Shown piece after piece: positions 26,701 to 38,700 of a stretch of DNA of 64,000 nt (the first letter of the stretch is position 1; every line of letters begins with the position of its first letter). The DNA is from Amoebophrya sp. A120 (Eukaryota > Protista > Dinoflagellata), in the NCBI GenBank assembly GCA_905178155.1, contig CAJINV010000004.1, positions 2,626,228 to 2,690,227 on the forward strand, in the 5' to 3' direction. Both the position numbers and the translations under genes were made by a program. Under the pieces are notes generated by a model. It ran no database searches, had not been told where the DNA came from, and saw nothing but the letters and a program-made list of their open reading frames with translations.

Positions 26701-29700
26701 CGTCTTGCTGTAGTGGTAATTTTTTTGAATTTACAGTATGTCTGTTTCACATCGACAAGCGCCTGCTCATCCATGATAAAGGCACTCTATGCATGACAAG
26801 CTCAAAAATGTGTACCGGCAGAGCTGCGTTCTGCAGAAACTCCTGGGCGACCTCTCCAGTGGGGTGACGGGCCAATCTGTTTGCCATCTTGACACGCTTT
26901 TTTTTTCAAAGGAAGAACTCTCCACAAAGGAAGAACTCAAGAAGTAGCTGGCTACGGGTTTTGCGTTGATGAAGATGATGAAAAGCAAGTATTAGATGGC
27001 GCGCGTCAGAAATTCAAAATTGTAAAATGAAAGTATCCAAACAACATCAAGATCATCAAAGCAACCACCTTTTTTTCTTCACCATTACCACTGTCAAAGT
27101 GAGATCTCAGATCTATCCCATAACTTGAACTACAACAACAACAGTCATCTCATTCTAGGCACTACAATGCACTGCTTCATCTCTCACAAAAAAAAACAAA
27201 ACAAAGAGCCGACTTATTTGATGACGTCAGCACGTTTTTACCAAGTACTATGTGTGCTGAAGCTTACGACACGACAGCGCCACCATCGACGCCGAACTCA
27301 CACAAAAAAAAGCCTTGCTTTACTTCTGTATTGTGCGCGCAATTCTACCTCTATGACATACTTGCATGCTGTGCTATATCAACTCGAGAAGTGCCTTCTT
27401 TTTTCATGTATGTTCCACTACTTGCGTGTGCAGTCTGTCATGCTTCTTGTATGTCAATCCAGCGTACTCAATTTATGACATGCACTTCGAAGTCTACTAA
27501 TTTGTCATGCTGTGTATCACAAAGCAGCAGTACTATGCTGCTTCAACTTCCCATGAAGAGCTGCGCTATGTCCCTATGTGTATGCATGATGCTACTACTG
27601 TGTGGCTTTACTGTCACGCACTACGTCCATCTACAGGCACACTGTTTGTATTACAAGTTATGCACTTTCGCACGAAGTAAGGTCGTTCTACGCAGTTAAG
27701 ATTGTGCAAAGTTGTCAACGCTTCTGGCTTATATATAGGTCTTTTGCGCGATGCTAAAGTCTACAGCTGTTCCTATGTAATATTCAATTTGTGCACTATA
27801 TTCTACTACTTGCAATGAAACTACTGTCAGGCACGCCACTACTCTACACGGCTGGCCATCGGTAACTCGGACAAGAAGGCGAAGGTCATGGCGCAGATGG
27901 TCAACGCGTCATGGTGGTGATCTAGGGCTCGCAGGTATCCGTTCGTCCATGGTGACCATCTCCGTTGCCGCATGACCGCGAGGGTGAAGTAGTCGCGGTG
28001 GGCCAAAGTTCGATGACCAGCCGTGAAGTTACTACATACTACTTTACTAGGCTTTTCTTGTTCTAGTAGTGCTCTTTTTGGCACCTTCTACGCATTACAA
28101 ATTGACGCTTTCTTGTCTACTTAAAGCTACATTTTCTGACATCCTTTAAAAGTGACGACTTTTCCTCACAAAAAGTGATCATTTTTTCTGCTCAAAAGTG
28201 AACTCGAAAAATGAGACGCTTTGCAAATTTGACCTCGAAAAAAAAGTCTCCTGATTTTCTAGAAGGTGAACTCGAAAAAGTCTCGCGATAATGGAGAATA
28301 TAAGTAGGACATGAGTCTTTTTTCTAGACTTTTTTTTTGACTATGCAGATGCAAAGGGTGACTTCGAGGAGGAAAAGCGAGAGACTTTTTTTTGTGCTCA
28401 AAAGTGATCACTTTTGAGCTCAAAAAATGGCCACTTTTTGTGAGGAATAGTTGAGATTTCCTCTGAGAGATGAGTTGTACAATAAATCAATGCTTTTTGA
28501 GCCTGAAACTGTGCAGAGTATAAGCGTGCTCAACTACAACTTGAGGTGCCCGACCACCTTCACTGGGCCGGCACTTGGGACGCCGATTCTGCGAGCACAT
28601 CATGCTGTTTACCCGCACCTGCAGCAGCCATCTTTGGCTGCTTTTTGGTCTTGGCCTTGATCCTCTGCTTCTCCACAAGGACGTCGGCGATTTCCAGGTA
28701 TTCTGCGTCGATCTTCTGGAAATCCAACCACGACGTAGTCGACTTTCCGGGCGAGAGGTACTTGTAGGTCTGGTCAGAAATGTGCATCAGAGCGTCGAAC
28801 TCCTTCTGCCTGGTAGCGTCCTTTCCAGCACGTTCGGCGGCAAAAGCACGGATCTCCGAGGTGTAGGCGGCGTACTGGGACTTCAAAGCCTCCAAATCAT
28901 CTTCGGTGGACTGCGGTTCGTACTTGCTGTTGGAGCTGGCTTTTTCGCAGATGAGACGGCACATCACGGCCCACCCGTTTAGGAGGCACTCGACCCAAAG
29001 GGGTCCCTCTTTCTCGCCAAGCACCATGCTCCTCATGGGCCTCTTCGTCGACTGGCACTTCATGTCCAGGTAGGGGTGGACGAGGAGCTTTTTCATGTTG
29101 TTCGCCAGCTTGGTGTCCACGCACTTCATGCTCAGTCGGACAGCATCTCTTCCGGTTCTCTTGCGGTCAAACACCGTCGACGCTTCGATGCATTTCCACC
29201 CTTCGACTCTCGTTGCGAAGAGACGATTAGCAACCTTCTGTCGCTCCAGCTGATGCAGTGCGTATTCCTTGCTCGAGAGGTGCATCTTCGCCGTCGCAGA
29301 AAGGGCAGTCATACCCTGCGTTTCCACCTGCGTTGAAGCCTGCGCTTGCGGTTCCTCCACGACGATCTTGTTCGTCTTTCGCCACGTTTCCGCATGGACG
29401 TCATCCGACTGTAGTGGCATTGCTACCATCTTGTTGTCGTCCAGAACCCAGATCTTGTCGGTCGATTTCGGCGCGGTCAAAGCCAGCATCGTAGGCTGCA
29501 GAAACTTCTCCAAGTTGTCCTGCATTTGGGCTTTCTCGCTATTGCTAGCGGAGGCCCACTCTTCCCTGAGCACCTTGTCCTCCTCCTTTCCCGCCTTGGT
29601 CCGCTGCTGCCGGTGCGACAGGTTGATCCGTTCTCCACAGAACAGGCACGCTTTGCTTCTGCCGTCCTTTACGTCGACTTTCATCGTGTACATCGGCCCG

Positions 29701-32700
29701 AGTGTATCCCGTGAAAAGCATTGAAGCTGCAAGCCAAGCATTACTACTATGCATTAGATATTTGCATGAAATATGTAAAGGCTTTGCGCACAAGAAATCA
29801 AAATTTGTAATGCAAAAATCAACATTTGTGATGCTTGTCATGTAGCTTCAATGTTTTGGCTGCATACATCGCATCCAGGTCGTATTCGGTGCCGCGGTCG
29901 TCGGAGTACAAGTTTATCCAGGTCATTCGCATCCTGCACTGCCACCACTCCTTTCCCGGATCTTTCTGCAGTGCTAATTGCACCGCTTTGAACGATGATG
30001 GAGACAGCACCACGTCTGAAATGAGGAACGTGTGCACTTCCCCCGACGGACGGTGCTTGTACTGCGTTATGAAGAATGGCGACAATAACGACGACACGTC
30101 GTGCACCCCCTGCAGTACCGGCATCGCGATGTTGTCGTCTTCCCCAACTTCGTCTGCGTCTTCTACCAGCAGTTCGTCGTCGACTATCGATCGCAGCAAT
30201 CTTATCCTGCGAAGAAGGCCAAAGTTTTTGTATGCAAGCATGCGAAGCTTTCTGTTTCTTCGCAGGATAAGATTGCTGCGTTTCGATAGCATCATCATCC
30301 GGCTCGGCGAGGTTCAGGTGAGCTAGATCACCGGGCTCGATTCCAGCAGCCTTCTTCTCTTGTCGCAGCGATTTCAGCTTACCGCGCTTCGCCCGGATGA
30401 AACGCGATATCAGCACAGCAGAAGCCGGTTTAACTTTCGCCCGCACCGTCACCTCCGGCGGCTTTTCCACTGTAATCAGCTGGTTGGTTCTGTTGCACAT
30501 AGCGGGTGCAAGTTTTCGATAGTCGCCGTCTTTTGTCAAGTACTTTTGCAGCACTCGTTCCTGCACCCCTTCGTAGTACAATTTCTCGCGGTTCACGACA
30601 GCAAATTCCCGGACTTCTTCCTCCTCTTCTTCGCTTTCTTCGGCATCCTCATACTTCAGCTCCGCCGCTAGTAGCTCCTTCTTCTTATCCATTTCCGCTG
30701 CGATGATGGTGTATTTCGCTTTTTCGTCGTCGTCCTTCCAGGAATTCAATTTGTGACACTTTTCTAGCACGTCCGCCGCTGTCATCTTCACGACTTCTTC
30801 ACCGTCCTCCCACTGGTCTTCCCGTTTCGCATCTATCGGTCGTGTGCAGGCGTAGTGCCGTTTCGCTGCGGGTTCGCCGGTATCGTCGTCTTCTTGATCC
30901 GGTAGCAAGTACGGCCGGCATTCCTCTTCCACCACCGAAGCCATGTTTTGCCAGTCCTTTCTGTTTAGCTGCGCGTCCGGTCGTATGCGTTGAAAATATG
31001 TAACATAGCCTCCTGCAAGTAAAAATCAAAACTGAAAAAGCGCTGCAATTTGCATGCAAAAAGTTACGCTCTCATCATGTCGCTGCACAGATTCGTCATG
31101 CCTTATGTAGTACGTGGCGCCTTTTCAGAAAAAAACCTGCAATGCAAGAAAGCTATGCTACACATTTTCATTTCATAACTCCGGGGATACTCTTGGTTCC
31201 AGTCTTGCGCCGCTTCGTATGCCACTTGTAACGTCCACCCCGTTTCTCGCAGTTTTTGGTGCTGCGGTTGGCAACTTCGAGGTATTCGGTGAGGGATTTC
31301 ATCTTCGCTTCGCGGATGTTCTGCGGCAGATTCCGCATATACCGCTGTACAGAATGAAGCGATATCGACCCGGGATCCCCTTGCGTGTACACGTCGAGCT
31401 TGCACTTGTCCAACTGCTCCAGATCGCACTGCCCGTCGCGATAGAGAAGAATACAGCGGGAGATGATGAGGACGCGTTGTGCATTTATCCGCGCCAGCTC
31501 TATCTGTTTTGCATTTTAATTCTAAGTATGCACTTCAAAAGTCCTCGCGTCATGCTGGAAAATGTGCATGACAAAATGGAAAGGCTGTTTTATTCTATAC
31601 CAGTTCAAGTTGCGCATCCGAAAGCGTCACGCTTCCGATCCCGATGCCGCACATCAAAAACGCCAGATCATCCAGCACTGCCTGTTTGTCGCTGAAGTAG
31701 TTGCACGCGCTGACGAGATCCTCCCGAAAGGTTTGCTTCAATGCCGCCCGTCCTTTTTCCCGAACATTGCTCCGCAGCATGCTACCATCATAACGCTCGA
31801 TGGGGCGTATCAAGTGAAGCAAAAACCAACTCGTCACCAGGAAGAGGAATTGTGTTCCTGATTTTGTTATGAGTTCGTTGAAGATGTAAGTTTGTCATGC
31901 TGGATTGGCAAAAATGCATGATTTTTGCATGAGAAAAAATGTGCATTTGCATGCTTTTCTACCATGCACTCTGTGGAACCGTCGACGCATGGCAATATTA
32001 TGTATTTGTAGTGCCTGTCTTGTTGCGCATGTCCACCGTAAAACCATGCTCCAAGATTTTCTCTTGGCCGAAAGAAATTCTTTCGCCCAGTCCCGTAAAA
32101 ATTCTTCCTAGGAAGAACGCGGTCGCCAGGGAGAGCTGCGTCAGACACGACATCACCGCCAACCATCGTGTCCAGACCGGACATTTGAAGCCGCGGCACA
32201 GACAATGCAGCGCTCGCATGCATTGATGCTTGCTGTTTCGCGGGATGACGAGCAACTTCTGCCGCACACTGCAGTCCCGGAAGAAGTCTTTTTTTTTCGT
32301 GTCCATCGGTAGGCGGTCCAAGAAAGCACACAGCTTCTCGTCTTTGGGTGGTTTCTCTCCTTTGTCCCACGGAGCGAGCCATTGCTCCACCTGGTCGAGG
32401 CCGTTGTGGATCTTCTCCTGCAGCAGCTTGATGCTGTGAACCTGGATGATAAATATAGAAAACAATGTTGATGCGCATAATATTTCATTTGTCATGCGGA
32501 ACGTCATAAAATTTGTCATGCAGAAACGAAGCAAATACTGCGTGGCTATACCTGTAACCAAAGCCTTTTTTGCCAACCAACCGGGTCGAGGTTCATCATC
32601 CCCAGGTATAGCTCCGCAACCTGCTTCGTAACAAGGGCGGTTTGATGGACTTTACAGCGTTGCGTCCAAAGTACAACGTCGGACAAGTACTTGGACGCCA

Positions 32701-35700
32701 TGAACAGGCCCCCGACATAAAACAATGTCGGGATTGTACTACCGCCGGAGTCCGTAACCGGCGACCATACTTTGATGGTGTTCTGCGACCAGTTACTGAA
32801 AAAAACTTCCGGCGAGTGATACGTCCATAACTGGTCTGCCACCTCAAAAGCTTCACTGTACCCCCGGAATGCTGATTTTTGGTTTTGTTGTCGTGGTCCA
32901 AAATCGTAGCTCGATGGGTACATCACAGTATGTGATGGAAGGAAGACGGAGCCCATTTTGTCGATGTTGCCACAGCAAAAAGTTATTGCCACCATGCTGA
33001 TCATGACGTGGGCAAACACTTTTATTTTTCCGCGAGTGCTATTCTCAAATAGCATGTTTTGGCACGTAGTGCCATCTATTTCGACTCGATAATGTACGAG
33101 GGAAAACCTGCTGCTGTCGTTGAAGTAGGTCTGGCTGAACTCGAAACACGTCTCGACCAGCAGTGCGGCTAGTTTCCACAACTTCCTCGGAGCGAGGTAC
33201 GACTGGCTGCGAGTTGAAAGAGGCCGCGTGCTCCTCCTGTTTTTCGTTCTGTTTCGCCGCCGCATCTTCTTCTTGCTTTTTTGTCTTCGGCGCCTGGTTC
33301 TTCTTCACCATTTTCCTACTCCGTGTTGTTACGCCGAAAAACTGGCGCGGAAACACAAACGACGGCGGAAGAACAGGACCGCGCCAATAGATGCGGACGC
33401 AGTTGTTATTATATAGCTTTACTTAGATGGGATTGCGTGCTAGCAAATTAATTATTTTATCTTAGGTATGTGGGTACTGCTTAGTTTAAAAAAAAAACCT
33501 GCCTGCTAGTAGGAGAATAGAATACGCATTTTGTATTTCCAAAAAAAAATACTTGCGTTTCCCCGTTCTCGTGCTGGCACTCTTCCGCAGCCCTTCCCTC
33601 CTGATAGCGCAGCCAAAAAATCTCTCAGCCTTCTCTTCTCACACAAAAAAGCAGCTCGTTTGGTATTTCGAAAAAAACGTCGCTTCTTGCATGACAAAAA
33701 AATTACCGAACACTGCCTGCAATTATTGCAGATGTAGTTGCAGTTCGCAGCCGCTTCTCGGCGCAAGATGTTACTCGCAGCGACACTGCGAGCGCTTTTG
33801 TTTTGTGTGTATCTCCCACCGCCCGGTCGCGCTACCACTTTCCTACCGCTGCCTCTTCTACCCGCGCCGACTGCTTGCCCGGTTCTATTCTGCAGAGGAA
33901 AGTTCTTGTTGCTATTCACGCGAACGCGAACAGGTGCAGTTTCGTTTCCCTTTTTTACAAAATAGCCGACTATACACAAGCCCGCTACAGTTAGAAAGGA
34001 AAATCGATAAGCTCTTTTGCCGTACTACATGATCGTCGTGCTATGCATTTCGAAATGCATAGCACGATGATCATCGACAAAAGACTTTTCGTTTTTCTCT
34101 TCAGCCTTCGAAGTAGCAGCTCTGTAAAAGTCCTCCGCTGTGTGCAGCTGTATCTCAAAACCGAATACACGAGGGTCGACGGTATTATTTGGCTGCGAAA
34201 GTTCGCAGCCAAATAATCGAGTAACAGCTGCACGTTGATCAGTACTATTTTATTTGCGCCGCACATCCGCGTATGGATTGTTGTGTGTCGTGATTACTCA
34301 TCGACACACAAGAATCCAAACCTGGGCGCTATGCTACGAAAATAGTACTGATCGCATCGCGGAAAAAAAACTTGTCGCCGAGAATCGAACCGGCGATCGC
34401 AAAAAGGGTGAAAAGGGACTGAGACAAACAACTCGGCCCCTTACCCGCTCGGCCAAACGGCCGAGCGGACTGCATCGGTCATCGACCTCGGAGACCCTAT
34501 CACAGCCCAATACGGGCTGTGTACGTTGTCGACATTTTTGATCATGCGTTTCCGCATGATAAACTGCTTTGAGCGACACGACGACAGCCAAGTCGTCTGT
34601 CGCGATAGAAGTATAGTGCCGGGTTTCGAACCCGACCTCGCGAAGGGTGAAAAGGGACTGAGACAAACAACTCGGCCCCTTAACCGCTCGGCCAAACGGC
34701 CGAGCGGACTGCATCGGTCATCGACCGCGGAGACCCTATCACAGCCCAACACGGGCTGTGTACTTTGTCGACAACTTTGAGGATGCGTTTCCGCATGGTA
34801 TACTGCTTCGAGCGATACGACGACAGTCGCGTCGTGTGTCGCGATAGCAGTATAGCGTCGGGTTTCGAACCCGACGCTATCGACGGCCAAAAGGAACTGA
34901 CGGAAGCAGCTAGATCGCTATTCCGCATGGTATGGTGGAGGATCGACAAGTCGAATGACCACCATACCATGCGGAATAGCATCGATGCAGCATACCATGC
35001 AGTTTCGACCAAAAAAATGAGATGAGAAGGCGAAACCGCTATAGAAATGCACCTAACGACGTGAGTAGCAACTTTGTTTCCAATGCAAAGTAGACCGTTT
35101 TTTTCCAAAATTTTTCAAAAAAAAAAAATCTCAAAAAATTGAGAGAAAATCAGATGACTTTTTTCATCTGAGGCGCCCAGCTCAAGAATTGACGCTACAA
35201 TGCATGGCCAGCATGACAGACGCAATCACCGGTATACATGTTGCGCGTCAGAAGAAACTTACGCCTACAAAAATCTTTTTTTGATGTTGGATAACGCGTC
35301 ACAGGTGCACGTGGCGGCCCAGAATTCCGGTAAGGGGTTGTCGGAAACAGAGTGGATTAGAACGTCACCTGTGATGCGGAGGAAAAACATTCGCAATCTC
35401 GTTACTTATTTATCTCTCGTGGGAAACAAGCAAGGAGATATTGATACCCTGCGACAGCGACGATGCTATCGTGTATGGGGGTAAGACTTTGTGCTGTCTT
35501 CAGGCAGCGCACAATATGAAATTTTATGTCTAGTCATTGTAATGCTAATGTAAATGAGAGTCTATCAACACGAACATCATATACGCGCGTCCGTCCTGCC
35601 GCAAACCGCTTTCTGGTGGTGTTTCCTGCTGGACTGTCCGGTTTGGTACGCAATGCTGGTGTATCAAATGCAAATGCGTCTGGTTCTGGAACAGTGCAAC

Positions 35701-38700
35701 TTGTCATGCTGCGTTTGGATGCTAAATAAAATCTGTATTGCATGAGCAGCAAGAGGAGTGGTCAAATTTGGCTACGCTACGAGGGCATTTGTCATGCGAT
35801 ATGCGCATCGATGAGCGCTCAAAAAATCTGTGATGCTAGGGCATACATCACAGACATCGCGGATCATGGAAAATGTGCATGACAAACTTGTCTTTTTCCA
35901 GACCCAGACATACTTGCAATCCATATGGTGGCCAGGTCTTCACAACCGTCTATCATGGTCCCACCAGTGCACAGGGACTCGCAGTTTTTCTCGGTGCCAC
36001 TCACGTCGAAGGTCTGCGGAAATGAAGAGTTTTTGGTCGTCTTTGTTGTGGTGGTCACAACTGTGGCCGTCGTGTTACTTATACATCTGGGATGATAATT
36101 AACATTAACATTAAGGATAGCGCGAAGCAAGACAAAACATAAAATTTTCTCAGTCGAATCATACATAAAATACCTGTGTCCCGCACGAACAGGTTCCGCC
36201 GAAGACCGGGTCTCCCTTTATGGAGTTCTCAAACGTTACTGTTACACTCTCAGCTGTTTACAAGATGAATGTGTGATGCAAGAGGGCCATCAAAAGTGGA
36301 AGGGGATCCTGGTCCTGCTGCGCGTCCCGCATTACAAATTCGGCACAGAAGTAAATCTCCATGCACATGCTGTTTACCGCTACTGCAAGAAAAATTTGTC
36401 ATGCCAAGTGGCTCGAGCGTATGGGGGCTGATAGGTCTTTTGCATGACTGCATGTCAATGACAAATCACGTAAATAACGCTGACAATGTTTGTTGTATTA
36501 ACGCTTGAGACCACTTCCATACCCTTGCGTTTTCGTTTCTTGATTTCCGTGTTGTACATCGCGCGGCGGTCTATTCTGGGTAAAAACGTCCCTACCCCAG
36601 AGTTGTCATGCTAATCAAAATGCGACACAGTTTGCCCCCCCCATTGTACCATGGCCGCAGATGGCTTGACACGCAGGGCGGGCGTCATGCAAATCACCCC
36701 AGAGTTGTCATGCAAATCTGCATGCCAAAAACGTTTCTCATGCGGAGCCCCATGCTGAGAAGCGTTCTCTATTAGTGTTTGGCAATTTGTGATGCTAGAA
36801 TCAGCACGATGTGCTGGCTCTGTGATGCTTCTGAACTAGCTCAACAGGATTAACCTACGACGACAAATTTGTCACGCGAAACATCAACCGAAGCTGGTGG
36901 ATTTGTATAGCAGATTTCGCATCTTGACTCTGGTGTGGGGACGTTTTTACTCAGGATACGGTCAGCCTTTTCCTTGTCTTTGTCAACCCCGCCACCGTTA
37001 TGCATTGCAAATATGTAGTCTGGGTCTGGAAACTTGTAATGCATGTCAGTAAACAGGAAGCGCACTGTAATGCACCGCACAGCATGACATATTTTCTCGT
37101 GGCTCTGTGTTGCGTATTCCGCATGAGACTCATTGTTTTTGCATGACAGACAAGAGGAGGTCTTCGTTGCCACGCAATACAGATTTCAGAGTCATGCCAA
37201 ACTCGCATGAGAAATCTCATAATCCTCCACGTCCACACCCAGACATATTTGCAATGCATAACCGTTCTTCCCCTTCACCGACATCCCGAGGAGGGACGAA
37301 AAGTAGCCCTTCACATGACCTGAAGTTGGTGTTCAGTGGTGCGTTGGTAAAAATCCTGTTTGTTCCTGATGTGTCGTCCGTGATATCATAATCAATAGCA
37401 ATAGCGCTCGAAGATGATGGGCACTTTTCAACACCACGACGACTTCTAAGCTGTAGCTGTACCTGTAGTCTAGTGAAGCAACACCAAAAATTACGGCACA
37501 GGTACGGGAGTGATTTGTTTCGAGATATCGGAGTCACGACCACAAGAAAAACAAAAATTCAAAATCCTCGAAAGAATAAGTACGTGGGATCTGCTGGATG
37601 CTTGTTAGCACCAGCGCATGCGCCCCGGACGCGTTGCAGGTGTCGTAGTTGTAGGCGTTTTTACTCTTCAAGGCGGGCTCCAGGGACGAATCCAGTAGCT
37701 TCTCCAACGACGCGCACTTCGCCCCGTTCTGGTAACACAGTATCCACAGCAAATTTCCCGTACGCGTACAAATGCCGTTTCTGCATGACAAAGCTTCCCT
37801 TCGATCCTGTTCAGCATGACAAGTTGTCTGCTCTAAGTTAGTGAAATTTGTGTTGCATGTTGTACCTACTTGTACGGGAAATTTGTATTGCATACACAGC
37901 GCGTCGCAGCACCAGTGGCAAGGCGTGTTTTTCTCGTGGTGCGCTAGGCAATCGTGCTCCGCTTGGAAGTATCATCTGCAAAAGAATCGCACGTATACTA
38001 ATTTTCTTCACAGTTCGGCATGACAGATCTGCATTTGCTTCGGCGTCCCTATCCCTTCACTTCTGAATTCCAAGTTAGCGTTACAAGTTCCATCTCGATT
38101 TTTATTGTTCTTTGTTAATGCAGGATCCACGTTGACGTTCTTGTAGTACGGTGCTTTAGCTTTTGCAGTGCATAGAAACTGTTCGCAGGTCGGCGCGTGT
38201 TATCAAATGCAAAAATGTCTGGGTCTGGAAAAAAGCAGCGCTTATCATGCATATTTAGCATGACCCGCCCTGATGTCTCTGATGCATGTCCTAGCATCAC
38301 AGATTTGTTGAGGGCCTTGTGATGCCTGTACTGCATGAGAAATGCCTTCTCCGTGTAACAAAAAATGGACCTCTTTTGCTAGTCACGCAATACAGATTCT
38401 GTGTAGAATCCAAAGGCAGCATCACAGGTTGCAACCTTCCAGACCCAGACATTTTTGCATTTGATACGTGTTGGAGTAGAACCAAGCCCTGCGGCGCGGA
38501 GCGAAGTCGGCCACCTGCTGCATTCGGAGCTGCTGTGTCCAGGACTGCCGCCTGTGGACCACCTCCGGACGACCGGTCTATAGCCTTGGACAGGTCGCAG
38601 CTGTCATGCCCGAGCCCGTTTTTGCTGCGGCCGTAGTACCCGCTGCTATCGAGAAGGCCCTAGTGAAGATTATGTCGATCGTAGTAAGGCGGGGAGTGAT

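Larger units (their letters stand above)
21372..35185 (-). mobile_element. 13.8-kb TIR DNA transposon, hAT-like, with cargo gene
   Basis: ~85-bp imperfect TIRs (TTGAGCTGGGCGC(G)CTCAGATG..ATTTTCTC..GATTTTTTTT); 6-bp TSD GAATTG at 21366-21371 and 35186-35191; internal transposase-like gene. Confidence 0.88.
21231..35293. mobile_element. Introner (~243 bp native) split by the 13.8-kb transposon
   Basis: TATCCGAGCAAAAAAGAAGATT at 21231 pairs with AATCTTTTTTTGATGTTGGATA ending 35293; DR ACGCG/ACGCG; join TGT GAC GCG TCC GGG in frame. Confidence 0.85.

Noticed and set aside
21372-35185. Polinton/Maverick or endogenous virus (large size, 6-bp TSD)
   Set aside because: No recognisable polB, integrase, ATPase or capsid motifs; genes are intron-rich and motifs are hAT-like
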